64,000 bases of DNA from an uncultured Oscillospiraceae bacterium (GCA_964490975.1 CAZBEQ010000002.1:75900-139899), one strand, 5' to 3'. Positions 43,545 to 52,615 are shown, counted from the stretch's first letter. Numbers and translations: made by a program. The notes: generated by a model not told the origin, from the letters alone.

Positions 43545-43900
43545 TACTCAAAATTCTGGCCATAAATCTAAGGTTGCCCTGGTACTTGTTCTAATGTTAG
43601 AAATCCAGATAACACCCCGAGATATATAACCGGAGTCCAGATGAAGATATGGGAATGACTGAATAGAACATTCATGGACTGCAAGTGCTACAGATAAGAC
43701 CAAACCACAATGCTCGAATGAGGCGTCAGGAACCACAGCCGGCAGTATGGATGCTGCCGGCACTGCGTCCAGAGCTATGGACAGCGAGTGGCCTACACCC
43801 TCATTGGAGCAAGTGTTTTGCTCCTGAACTGTTCACGAAGCAGTCCGAAGGATACTCGGCCATCCTTGTCTCCAGAGATTTTCTCATGTCTTGTTTATGT
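43545..43900. ncRNA. unclassified GC-rich region with nested helices, a candidate structured RNA
   Basis: 38/60 G+C in 43721-43780 versus 16/60 in 43381-43440. Six non-crossing helices were found by hand (see finding). Only short unconvincing ORFs occur on either strand. Confidence 0.45.
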
Positions 43901-43912
43901 TAATGAATTTAA

Positions 43913-44203
43913 CTAAGCAATTCTGAATAGCAGCTTGATAATAACAAGGAGCAGAAAACCTGGTATGCCCAGTGTCCCGACAATAAATGCTGTATATATG
44001 TTTAATGCCATATGAAAACCAATAAAGCCTCCTACCCAGTTAACAAGCAGTATGGCTACCGCCCCGAGCAATGAATTGAGCACAAGCTTCAGAACAACCT
44101 TGAGCGGAGCAAGGAGCAGCCTGCCAAAGATAATAAGCAATACTATACCTACCGCATAAGCCAGAACTACTCCTAAATCTACAGCCATAGCATCACACCA
44201 CAT
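43913..44203 (-). CDS. bofA: pro-sigma-K processing inhibitor BofA
   Basis: Small 3-TM protein with the BofA-typical LLAPLKVVLKLVLNSLLGAVAILLVNWVG block. The start codon is uncertain (44203 or 44188). Confidence 0.85.
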   Translation of the reverse strand: MWCDAMAVDLGVVLAYAVGIVLLIIFGRLLLAPLKVVLKLVLNSLLGAVAILLVNWVGGFIGFHMALNIYTAFIVGTLGIPGFLLLVIIKLLFRIA

Positions 44204-44315
44204 CAGGCAGATCCGTAAACCATAATGCCCTTACCTTTAAGCATTTCAACGAGACGATATCATACTCCGCTCGTTCTATTTATACTTACGCTGTATGATA
44301 AATATGACATCATTT

Positions 44316-44621
44316 TCAAAGGTTCTGCGTAAGACCTCTTTCTTTAACAAGCTTTAAAAAGTAAGTATATCTTGATTCACAGGCCTTGAGCCTATAGATA
44401 TGATAGTCCAGGAGCAGGTCATCATCAGCGTAATTAAAATCGATACCGGCTTCCACCCACTCGTCCTTTGCTGCAAGAGCCGCCTCGATTATCTGCTGCT
44501 CTTCAGCTGTAAGTCTGTTATGTGGCTTTGCCCTGGCAATAAAAGAACTTCTTGCTTTTTTCTTTGCACTGGAGTTTATATTTGCAGGTTCATATTTCAG
44601 TTCAGTATCCATAGTTTGCAC
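44316..44621 (-). CDS. YaaL-like protein (DUF2508)
   Basis: 101 aa with a WVEAGIDFNYADDDLLLDYHIYRLKACESRY pattern, and yaaL-bofA synteny as in Bacillus. Confidence 0.7.
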   Translation of the reverse strand: MQTMDTELKYEPANINSSAKKKARSSFIARAKPHNRLTAEEQQIIEAALAAKDEWVEAGIDFNYADDDLLLDYHIYRLKACESRYTYFLKLVKERGLTQNL

Positions 44622-44865
44622 CCTCTTACAGTATATTCCTTTTATACTATAATTATAGGCACAAATGCTTGCTTCTAATACTTCGGTTCAAATAAAATTT
44701 TCGAATAGGCGATAATTTGCTTTGCAAATTACTCTAAGCAGACATTTTTTTACTTGAGCAGTTTCAACAAAAGCTGCTCGACCATACATCCGAGGCTGGT
44801 CGCAAACTTTGTTTGCTGTTGACTGCATGACTATACATCCGAGGCTGGGGACATCTGCCGCTTCG

Positions 44866-45456
44866 TTATATCCGCCCATTCTTCAAATATCTATGAACTG
44901 CGCCGGAGGTTATGTTTCTGAATTTTCCCCAATCCTGCCATTTTCCCTTGATAGAGTTCAGTGCATTTACGGTATTTTCAAGACCTCCCAGGTCAACCTC
45001 ATTAATGCCGCTGATTTCATCATCGCTTGCGTCCTCTAAAAGCCTTCCACCGATTTCATCAAGTATGAAAATATAAGAATAAAACATTACAAATTCATCA
45101 TTGCACTCAAACCTTATCCGCAATACACCTGCAAAGGATCTTATTTTCACCACCAGACCAAGCTCTTCCGCCACTTCTCTGAATACTGCATCGAGTATAT
45201 CTTCATCATGGCCGATACCGCCTGTCGGTATCCTGTAAATGTTTTCGGGGTAATCACTGCACGTAATTGTTATGATCTTACCGTCTGGCCTGATAACGCA
45301 AAAAACAACCTCTCCCCTTCTGTCTCTCTGCACCACGTTTCTGATCTTATTAAAGTAGCCTGGGGATGCATACCGCACTGTCAGATCCTTAATAACCCTG
45401 TCAGCGCCAAGGTTTTTGCATATATTATTAAACTCTGCCTCATTAAATACATTCAT
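44866..45456 (-). CDS. NUDIX hydrolase
   Basis: Nudix box GGIGHDEDILDAVFREVAEELGL. GAAAGGA lies 9 nt before the ATG at 45456; the longer 45510 start lacks an RBS. Confidence 0.75.
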   Translation of the reverse strand: MNVFNEAEFNNICKNLGADRVIKDLTVRYASPGYFNKIRNVVQRDRRGEVVFCVIRPDGKIITITCSDYPENIYRIPTGGIGHDEDILDAVFREVAEELGLVVKIRSFAGVLRIRFECNDEFVMFYSYIFILDEIGGRLLEDASDDEISGINEVDLGGLENTVNALNSIKGKWQDWGKFRNITSGAVHRYLKNGRI

Positions 45457-45691
45457 AGGATCTGATCCTTTCAAGTAGTTGAAAAACGCAGTACAAGTAT
45501 CTCTCTTCATTAATATTAATACATTTCAGACTCTATTTCTACTATTGTATTGAGAATTAGAAATGAAGTAATTAAAATTTAATATTATTTCTAGTTTTTA
45601 TATTGTCTTTTAAGAGAACAATTGCGATAATAATACAGTCTATATGCTGTATAGACGTAAGTAAAATTAATTGATACCGGGGTGTAATTCA

Positions 45692-47551
45692 ATGGAGCCT
45701 GAGGTACAGCCAAGTCTTCCTAAACGCAGTAAAAAAAATGTAATAATTATTGTATTGCTTGCATTCATTACTACAATGCTATTATCAGCCTCAGTTCTGT
45801 CCTATTTTGTGCTGCAAAGCACCGGCACCTACAAGGGCGTCCATATAGGCAAGCTTGATGTTTCAGGTATGGGCAGACAAGACATGCTTCAATATCTGGA
45901 GTCGCAATATACCGCCCCTTCAGCGCAACTTAAAATCACTCTTAAAACCCCTTCGACCGAACTACAGGCAACCTATCCGGAGCTGGGAGTGGATTATGAT
46001 ATCGAAGCCGCCGCTGAAGCTGCGTATTCGGTCGGACGTACAGGCAATGTTTTCATGAGGCTATATGATATTTTGCGAGCAGGCATCAGCGGCACTGAGA
46101 TCAATATGCCACAGATATGCGAGGATGGCAAAGTTGATAATTTTGTAAATGAATTCTGTACAAAGGCCTTCAAAGAGGTCAAGGAGGGTGCTCTCCTAAT
46201 TACTGATGAACGCGTTATGATCAGATCCGGCAAGCATGGAGAAAGTGTTGATAAGAAAGCTGTCAGAGCACTGGTGACAGATATGATAACAAGCAACAAG
46301 GCCGGGGTGATAGAGCCTGAAGTTATTATGACATACCCGGCAGTCTTCGACACAGATGATATATACGCCCAGCTGATCTGTGAGCCGGTGGATGCTTCTT
46401 TTGCGATAGAGAACGGATCTGTGAAGGTTGTGCCTCACATGACCGGCAAAAGAATAGAAAAAAGTGAGCTTGAGGATATAATAGAAGAACTGAACAAAAC
46501 AGAAGATACCGGCAGACAACTACCGGTAATATTGACAAATCCGGAGATCACAACCGAAATTGCTACATCGATGCTATTCAGAGACGAACTCGCTAATGTC
46601 AGTACAAAATACAAAACGACTACTCAGAATGAGAAAAACAGAGAGCACAATATAGGTCTGGCCGTAAGTAAATTTAACGGTACCATACTTCTTCCGGGAG
46701 AAGAGTTTTCATTTAACAAGATAGTCGGTTCGCGTAATGAAACAACCGGCTACAAGGAAGCCCATGTATATATCAACGGCAGAGTCGAGGATGGCATCGG
46801 TGGCGGCATCTGTCAGTCAGTAAGCACACTTTACACTGCGGTTCTTAAGGCTGATCTGAATGTAACGGAAAGAAAGAGCCATTCCTTTATAGTCACATAT
46901 GTACCCTTGGGCCAGGATGCCACAGCATACTACGGCGGTACAGATTTCCGTTTTGTCAACTCTACGCAGTGGCCAATGAAGATAGAAGCATGGCTTTTTA
47001 AAAACAGAGTTCATGTTGTATTCAAAGGCACTAATACAACTCCTGATAAAAAAGTCTTTATCAGCAGCAAGGTGATGAGCCAGACTCCGCACGAAACTAA
47101 GTATGTAGATGATCCTACGCTGCCTGTCGGAACTACAAAGAAAGAGCAATACGGTACAGACGGCTTTATAGTAGATACGTATAAAACAATAAAGTCAGGC
47201 AATGTAGTTGTTTCACAGACAAAACTCCATACCAGCCGTTATAAACCCTGTACAGAAGAAATCCATGTTGGGATACTTAAGCCTGATGGCACGACTACAC
47301 CGGGACTTGCGGAAGAAATGAGAAAGAAAAATACCCCGGCTGTTCCCGGGACACCTAAAACACAAGAAAAACCGACAACGCCCGCAGCACCGGTTACCCC
47401 GGCTGTTCCAGGTGATGCTGAGGCACAGCCTCAGCCAACCATACCGTCAACACCTGAGGGTGAAGAAACGCCGGAAACACCAGTAGTACCGGAAACACCT
47501 GAAACACCGGTTACACCTCCAGGCGCAGATTCACCCCCTACAGCACAATGA
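45692..47551 (+). CDS. VanW-family protein with G5 domain and Pro/Thr-rich C-tail
   Basis: N-terminal TM helix, VanW core (GGGICQSVSTLY...FRFVN), G5-like segment (YVDDPTLPVGTTKKEQYGTDGF) and a PTPxxP tail. Confidence 0.85.
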   Translation: MEPEVQPSLPKRSKKNVIIIVLLAFITTMLLSASVLSYFVLQSTGTYKGVHIGKLDVSGMGRQDMLQYLESQYTAPSAQLKITLKTPSTELQATYPELGVDYDIEAAAEAAYSVGRTGNVFMRLYDILRAGISGTEINMPQICEDGKVDNFVNEFCTKAFKEVKEGALLITDERVMIRSGKHGESVDKKAVRALVTDMITSNKAGVIEPEVIMTYPAVFDTDDIYAQLICEPVDASFAIENGSVKVVPHMTGKRIEKSELEDIIEELNKTEDTGRQLPVILTNPEITTEIATSMLFRDELANVSTKYKTTTQNEKNREHNIGLAVSKFNGTILLPGEEFSFNKIVGSRNETTGYKEAHVYINGRVEDGIGGGICQSVSTLYTAVLKADLNVTERKSHSFIVTYVPLGQDATAYYGGTDFRFVNSTQWPMKIEAWLFKNRVHVVFKGTNTTPDKKVFISSKVMSQTPHETKYVDDPTLPVGTTKKEQYGTDGFIVDTYKTIKSGNVVVSQTKLHTSRYKPCTEEIHVGILKPDGTTTPGLAEEMRKKNTPAVPGTPKTQEKPTTPAAPVTPAVPGDAEAQPQPTIPSTPEGEETPETPVVPETPETPVTPPGADSPPTAQ

Positions 47552-47581
47552 ATGAAAACAAAGTTTGTCGAATATTGCTTT

Positions 47582-47617
47582 GGACATATGAAATCATCAT
47601 ATGTCCTTTAATTTTTT
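47582..47617 (+). terminator. rho-independent terminator of the vanW-family gene
   Basis: Perfect 10-bp stem GGACATATGA/TCATATGTCC with a 5-nt loop, followed by TTTAATTTTTT. Confidence 0.8.
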
Positions 47618-47696
47618 ACATTGTAATTTCCTGCTCATACTATAAAATAGATTCTGCAAAGTGTCTATTTTACTAGTGTCAGGTGGTGTCACGCAT

Positions 47697-47890
47697 ATGA
47701 GTAGGTTCATTCTATCAGCTTTTGGAGATGAAATTTCTCCAAATCTAAATACCCAGATGGATGTGTTGGAGCAAAACGGCATAAGGTACATCGAGATGCG
47801 TGGAGTCAATGGTAGAAATATCATACAAGGTAGATATACCCTTTGATGAAGATCTATATTATAAAAAACTGATGGAAAAGGTAAAATCAT
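47697..47890 (+). pseudogene. remnant of a sugar-phosphate isomerase/epimerase (TIM-barrel) gene with a large internal deletion
   Basis: MSRFILSAFGDEISPNLNTQMDVLEQNGIRYIEMRGVNGRNI is a typical N-terminus for this family. The frame stops at 47846. A shifted frame reads IPFDEDLYYKKLMEKVKS* and ends at 47890, at the terminator. Confidence 0.55.
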
Positions 47891-47962
47891 AGGGGACGGG
47901 GGTTTTTGATTATCAATTAGCAATTCAATTGATAATCAAAAACCCCCGTCCCCTATGATTTT
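47883..47962. terminator. 80-bp perfect hairpin (36-bp arms, 8-nt loop) between convergent genes
   Basis: Arms 47883-47918 and 47927-47962 are exact reverse complements (AAAATCATAGGGGACGGGGGTTTTTGATTATCAATT). The hairpin overlaps the stop codons of both flanking reading frames. Confidence 0.7.
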
Positions 47963-48608
47963 AATATACATCTACATTTCTGGCACCGCTGTTTCTTAAT
48001 ATTGCAGTTATTCGGTCTACTTTATCATCATCAGTCTTCATGCTGAACAAAACCTTTCCCTGCTTTATTCCGCTTTCATAGCGCTTGCTTTCCTTTTCGG
48101 GAATACCCAGATCTATAAGTCCTCCGACTATACCTCCGGTCACGGCTCCGGATAACAGACCGGTTATAGGTCCAGCGGCAGCAATGATCCCCAGGCCCGG
48201 TATAACCATGCTGCCTGCACCTATAAGCAAGCCTGCTATGCCACCCAATAGGCCTCCCGATATGACACCGTCAGAAATATTGTCATTTACCCCTGTACGT
48301 CTGCTCATATCAGCATTTGAATCTGAATTAGTGACTATGGAGGCATTCGGCCCTGTCCGTACACCGGTTACATTTCCCCCTACCCTGTCTCCCATTACTG
48401 CCGTTGCATTGTTGACGTCATCATCATCATATCTGCCTCCATACCCTACGCTACCTTTTGATGAGCCTGCATCGTAAGGATCACCGGTTTCTCCTTTTTT
48501 AGCGACGATCGATATATCGCTTGTGCGCAAGCCCTGGTCCTTGATCTGGCGAGCCGCAACCTCGGCGTGGTCCTGTGTATCAAAAAGTCCTACTACTGTT
48601 TTTGACAT
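47961..48608 (-). CDS. stress-protein-like protein (YflT/GSP17M-like N-domain plus Gly-zipper membrane segment)
   Basis: MSKTVVGLFDTQDHAEVAARQIKDQG N-domain and a GGLLGGIAGLLIGAG...GGIVGGLIDLG glycine-zipper region. Confidence 0.7.
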   Translation of the reverse strand: MSKTVVGLFDTQDHAEVAARQIKDQGLRTSDISIVAKKGETGDPYDAGSSKGSVGYGGRYDDDDVNNATAVMGDRVGGNVTGVRTGPNASIVTNSDSNADMSRRTGVNDNISDGVISGGLLGGIAGLLIGAGSMVIPGLGIIAAAGPITGLLSGAVTGGIVGGLIDLGIPEKESKRYESGIKQGKVLFSMKTDDDKVDRITAILRNSGARNVDVY

Positions 48609-48654
48609 TTTTCATCCTCCTTTTTCTCTTGAATTAATAAAAGCATCATAGTTA

Positions 48655-48695
48655 GCATAACTATTTTGAATTGTTATTATTCAAAATAGTTATGC
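48655..48695. promoter_or_regulatory. 17-bp perfect inverted repeat in a divergent intergenic region (operator candidate)
   Basis: GCATAACTATTTTGAAT (48655-48671), 7 nt, ATTCAAAATAGTTATGC (48679-48695). Confidence 0.4.
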
Positions 48696-48811
48696 AGATT
48701 AAACAAAGCCAACATAAACTTTATATACCTGAATAATTATTTTTATAGTATAATGATTTGAAAAAGAAATAATCCGAATGATAATTATCCGTCGGAGCCC
48801 AGGAGAAAAAA

Positions 48812-49303
48812 ATGCAATCCAAGGGAAGCGTTTTAATATTTTTAGTTATATTGGCATTTCCTATTATCGCGATTTCTACAAACCATGATTTATTTTTTGG
48901 TATAATGGCAGTAATAGTAGCTATCATTTCATTAATGAACATCCATAGAATTATAAAAAAGAGTAGTTTTAATGAGCAGGAAATAGACGAAAAGCTGGAA
49001 GAAGAGCTAGAAGAGCTGGCAGATATAGATATCAAGAAAATAGGTAACGGGCTCAGTGTCGTCTATAATCTCATTTCAATACTCTTTTTACTTTATTGCT
49101 CATTCTTTCTGGAGACTATCCTGCTCAAAAGTATTGCATCATTTGCTATATTGCTGCAGATATACTTTATAATAGAGAAAACTAAGAAAAACAGCGGTGT
49201 TTTTGACAAGAACAGACTGAAACCGCAAGTACTGCTGTCTAACATTTCAAACATCACTGTTATTCTGCTTGTATTGTTCAACAAAATTTCTGTAATGAGC
49301 TGA
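48812..49303 (+). CDS. small membrane protein, function unknown
   Basis: 163 aa with 4 hydrophobic helices and an acidic linker (EQEIDEKLEEELEELADID). AGGAGA lies upstream of the ATG. Confidence 0.6.
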   Translation: MQSKGSVLIFLVILAFPIIAISTNHDLFFGIMAVIVAIISLMNIHRIIKKSSFNEQEIDEKLEEELEELADIDIKKIGNGLSVVYNLISILFLLYCSFFLETILLKSIASFAILLQIYFIIEKTKKNSGVFDKNRLKPQVLLSNISNITVILLVLFNKISVMS

Positions 49304-49306
49304 GAA

Positions 49307-49354
49307 AAGGGACTGCCCTTAATCAGATTTTTACTGATTCCAAGGCCGTCCCTT
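49307..49354 (-). terminator. two-tier hairpin, likely terminator of the 49516-51111 gene
   Basis: AAGGGAC/GTCCCTT outer stem and AATCAG/CTGATT inner stem, followed on the minus strand by TTTTCTCA. Confidence 0.5.
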
Positions 49355-49515
49355 AATTCAAAACTGTCTAGCTAAATGTTATGTCCAATGGGTAACTTCT
49401 CTATCGATAGTAAGTTTTACTATCATTTTTTACGGGTCATTTCTTTTCATACATATTCAATATAATTTGTGTGATTTCGCTTGTATAATATGCATTATTC
49501 TGTTTGTTTCTGTTC

Positions 49516-51111
49516 TTACTGATTTTCAATAACCCCTTTTGCATAATAATCCGCCAGACTAAATGACTGCCACCCAGTTTTCTCCATCAATCTATTTTTT
49601 CTATACTTCAGTATCTGCTTCGCTCTTGAGGCAACCTCCGGGTTCTTGTCAGCTGTGAGCTCTTGTAGTTCTTTCGTTACAGAGTTCGAAGAGTTTTTGA
49701 TGTAATCCATATCGATTATACCGGTCTGGTGGTATCGTTCAATGTTCTTTCGCACTATCATCACATCTATATTTATGAAATTTATTGCGGTAAAGGCAAT
49801 CACCGCAGCGGCTATATATGGCTTGAGCAAGGGAAGCCTGTCATACCATACCCTTGCCATTGTAATAACAAATAGAACCAGCAGGAAGACCATAAATGCC
49901 TTAGTCATGATGCGAAGGAAGGTAAAGCCGTATGCATCTTCATATAGCGACATCCTGAAATAAGCCGAGCACAGCATGACAAAGGTGCAGCAGATCATTA
50001 AGGTATTGAGGAGCCTAAATATCATATCAACGCCGCCACTTCCCTTTTTCGTGTATGTAAGTGTCAGCGCAAGCAATCCAACATTCAGCAATGACACCAA
50101 TATAAGCTCAAAAAATCCGCTCCTTGCATATTCGGAATACGTAAATCCATCCGGCAGGCCAGCTCCGCCAAACAGGTAAGTAAACTGTATGATTACAAAA
50201 AAGACATAAAGGATATCGACTGCCGATGTGACAGTTATTAATATAACCGGATCCCATCGTTTTTTCTCATCAGATGTTTTTATACTAACCAATCCTGTTT
50301 TAGTTTCAATGAATCTGTCCCCGTGTCTCAGGCTCCATAAGTAGCTGAAGGAAATAAAGAATATGAATATCGCTATTATTGACTTTGATACAAAATCTTC
50401 GATGCTAAGACTGTCAAAAAAGTTGGGAATCTTTTCGACAATTTTCCCAAATACCATGTCGGCAGAGGATAGCAGCAATAGAAGTGTCAGCAAAAGCGGC
50501 AACGATATCAATAGTCCGAGAAGTACTCTTGATCCGACTGACTTTTTACCACTTCCACCAGTCCTGCTGTGGACTATTGATGACAATATGGCAAATGGCT
50601 TTGGTATATGCATCAAACACCTGGCAAACGCACCGATAAGCAAGTCCATCAGTATTCCGGGGCTGGACCACTTGTAACTGTTAACTCCGGTCACCAGTAT
50701 CGTCTGCAGCAGTATAAGCCAAGGTAGCGCAAGAATGTTGAGCACCATCAGTATTTCATTTCCAAAAAGAACGAATGTAAGCGAAAGCAGCAAAACCGGA
50801 AGACATAGAAACCATCCGAACCTGGCCTCTTTTTTGAGCACAGGCCGCGTATATGCAAACAACAGCGCATAAAAGGTTATGATAAACAGTGGTACTGAAA
50901 TACCCGGATACTTGTCATAGAAAAGCCAGACGAATATAATGCCAATCAGAAGCGCTCCTGCAAGCAGAAGTTTGTCCGATGCACTGTACACTAATGGTAC
51001 CGGGGCTGTTGTTTTCTGAAATGACCTGTATTGCAACCCTGAGGATTGGATATTAGGCTGCTCGTTATTTATTGGCTCGTTATTTATTGCTTCCTTATTT
51101 TCTTCGCTCAT
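49516..51111 (-). CDS. large polytopic membrane protein (DUF4153/DUF4173-like)
   Basis: About 12 TM helices. GGAGG lies 8 nt before the ATG at 51111 (MSEENKE...). Located downstream of the small HTH gene. Confidence 0.7.
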   Translation of the reverse strand: MSEENKEAINNEPINNEQPNIQSSGLQYRSFQKTTAPVPLVYSASDKLLLAGALLIGIIFVWLFYDKYPGISVPLFIITFYALLFAYTRPVLKKEARFGWFLCLPVLLLSLTFVLFGNEILMVLNILALPWLILLQTILVTGVNSYKWSSPGILMDLLIGAFARCLMHIPKPFAILSSIVHSRTGGSGKKSVGSRVLLGLLISLPLLLTLLLLLSSADMVFGKIVEKIPNFFDSLSIEDFVSKSIIAIFIFFISFSYLWSLRHGDRFIETKTGLVSIKTSDEKKRWDPVILITVTSAVDILYVFFVIIQFTYLFGGAGLPDGFTYSEYARSGFFELILVSLLNVGLLALTLTYTKKGSGGVDMIFRLLNTLMICCTFVMLCSAYFRMSLYEDAYGFTFLRIMTKAFMVFLLVLFVITMARVWYDRLPLLKPYIAAAVIAFTAINFINIDVMIVRKNIERYHQTGIIDMDYIKNSSNSVTKELQELTADKNPEVASRAKQILKYRKNRLMEKTGWQSFSLADYYAKGVIENQ

Positions 51112-51145
51112 TTTATGACCTCCATGCTCAACAAATTGATATTTG

Positions 51146-51358
51146 TTATTCTTCATCCGGCGAGTGCTCAAGTATATCTCCCGGCTGGCATTCCAATGCC
51201 TTACAAAGTGCTTCAAGTGTCGAGAACCTTATAGCTCTGGCTTTATTATTCTTTAATATGGACAGATTGGCCAATGTTATATCCACTTTTGACGCCAGCT
51301 CCGTTAAGCCGACTTTTCGTCTGGCCATCATCACATCCAGGTTAATTCTGATACTCAT
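51146..51358 (-). CDS. XRE-family HTH regulator (YozG-like)
   Basis: 70 aa: NLDVMMARRKVGLTELASKVDITLANLSILKNNKARAIRFSTLEALCKALECQPGDIL. Confidence 0.85.
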   Translation of the reverse strand: MSIRINLDVMMARRKVGLTELASKVDITLANLSILKNNKARAIRFSTLEALCKALECQPGDILEHSPDEE

Positions 51359-51433
51359 ACATCCTCCTGCATCGCATGCTGTGCTGGGTATATGCTGTTA
51401 CCCTTCGGCATAGATCAATATGCCTTATTGAGC

Positions 51434-51895
51434 CTATATAGTCAAGTCATTCTCTTGCTTCACAATGACCGCCTGCCTGAATACCTCAGACAGTATCAGA
51501 AGCATGAACCCTCCGATCACAAATACCATAAGAAGAATTACAGTCAAAAATGAGTTGAATAAAAAAATCTTTACTATATAAGCTGCTGCAATAATAAAAC
51601 AGCATATGGAAATCCTCCTGAAGCTTTTTACATTGTCCATCCTGAATGGGTCCATTCGATTAAGTGTTGTAAAAATTTTTCTAAGCTCATTGACTATCAC
51701 TGCCGCCAGTATTCCAGTCACATACAGAAATGGAAGCAAAAAAGCATACAATTCACTCGTATTGCCTCTCAACAGGCTCATATACCATTTGAGCAAAAAC
51801 GGCAGTCCCAGTATGATAAGGATTCCCCCAATGAGTATGAGTTCGATTAAATGCTGCACAATACCCGACAGTCCACTTTTATCCAATATTTTCAT
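51434..51895 (-). CDS. DUF2975-type membrane protein
   Basis: 153-aa 4-TM protein directly upstream of the YozG-like HTH gene, a commonly seen pairing. Confidence 0.65.
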   Translation of the reverse strand: MKILDKSGLSGIVQHLIELILIGGILIILGLPFLLKWYMSLLRGNTSELYAFLLPFLYVTGILAAVIVNELRKIFTTLNRMDPFRMDNVKSFRRISICCFIIAAAYIVKIFLFNSFLTVILLMVFVIGGFMLLILSEVFRQAVIVKQENDLTI

Positions 51896-52102
51896 AACAA
51901 AATACCACCCTCATTTTTCTAAAGATAGTATATAACACAATTTATTTATTATCAATATAAATTTATTGTTATTCGATAATATTGGCCATCGAGACATCCT
52001 TCAAATCTTCCTTGAGTAACATATTTTTTGTTACAAATTAAACTTTGCGGGAAAATATATTCTGTTAGTATTTGAGACATAGATAGAAAGGATGATATAT
52101 TT

Positions 52103-52615
52103 ATGCTTCACAAAACAATTGCCACTTTACTGAATGAACAGATCAATAAAGAGCTTTTTTCCGCATACCTGTATTTGGATATAGCAAATTATTATGCAGA
52201 CAAGAATCTGGACGGATATGAAAACTGGTTCTATATTCAAACGCAGGAAGAACGGGACCATGCTATGCTAATGCGCCAGTATCTGTTAAATAACGGTGAA
52301 TTTATACAGCTCACTGAGGTAGCAGCACCAGGCATGAGCTATACTGATTTTAGAGAACCCCTGGTAAAGTCTTTTGAGCATGAGCAGTTTGTAACAGCCT
52401 CAATAAACAATATATATGCAGAGGCCATCAGGGTCAATGATTTCCGCACAGTCCAGTTCCTCGACTGGTTCGTCAAAGAACAGGGCGAAGAAGAAAAGAA
52501 TGCTGATGATAATATTAAAAAATTTGATCTGTTTGCAAAAGATCCCAAGGGATTATATATGTTGAACAGTGAAATGAAAGCACGTGTATATGCACCGCCC
52601 TCGCTGGTTTTATAA
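52103..52615 (+). CDS. non-heme ferritin
   Basis: LNEQINKELFSAYLYLDIA ... QEERDHA ferroxidase-centre pattern. The RBS AAAGGATGA is present. Confidence 0.9.
   Translation: MLHKTIATLLNEQINKELFSAYLYLDIANYYADKNLDGYENWFYIQTQEERDHAMLMRQYLLNNGEFIQLTEVAAPGMSYTDFREPLVKSFEHEQFVTASINNIYAEAIRVNDFRTVQFLDWFVKEQGEEEKNADDNIKKFDLFAKDPKGLYMLNSEMKARVYAPPSLVL

Noticed and set aside
43545-43900. Considered calling this region RNase P RNA, tmRNA, SRP RNA or 6S RNA.
   Set aside because: I could not find the universal RNase P elements (GAGGAAAGUCC, GGUAAACCCC, ACAGAA..GGCUUA in the correct order and spacing). There is no tmRNA tRNA-like end or tag ORF. The SRP GGAAGCAGC helix-8 motif is absent. Only one hairpin loop resembles RNase P P10.1. 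The region is kept as an unclassified candidate.
47597-47923. A 108-aa minus-strand ORF.
   Set aside because: It spans the left arm of the hairpin and the antisense of the isomerase remnant. It has no RBS and an implausible composition.
48721-49035. A 104-aa minus-strand ORF with a poly-Ser run.
   Set aside because: It is the antisense of the acidic EELEEL linker of the better-supported plus-strand membrane protein (48812-49303).
51940-52000. A possible Fur/PerR box upstream of ferritin (AATTTAT...ATAAATT, TTATTATCAATATAA).
   Set aside because: The region is extremely AT-rich. The matches to the 7-1-7 Fur/PerR consensus are weak and could arise by chance.
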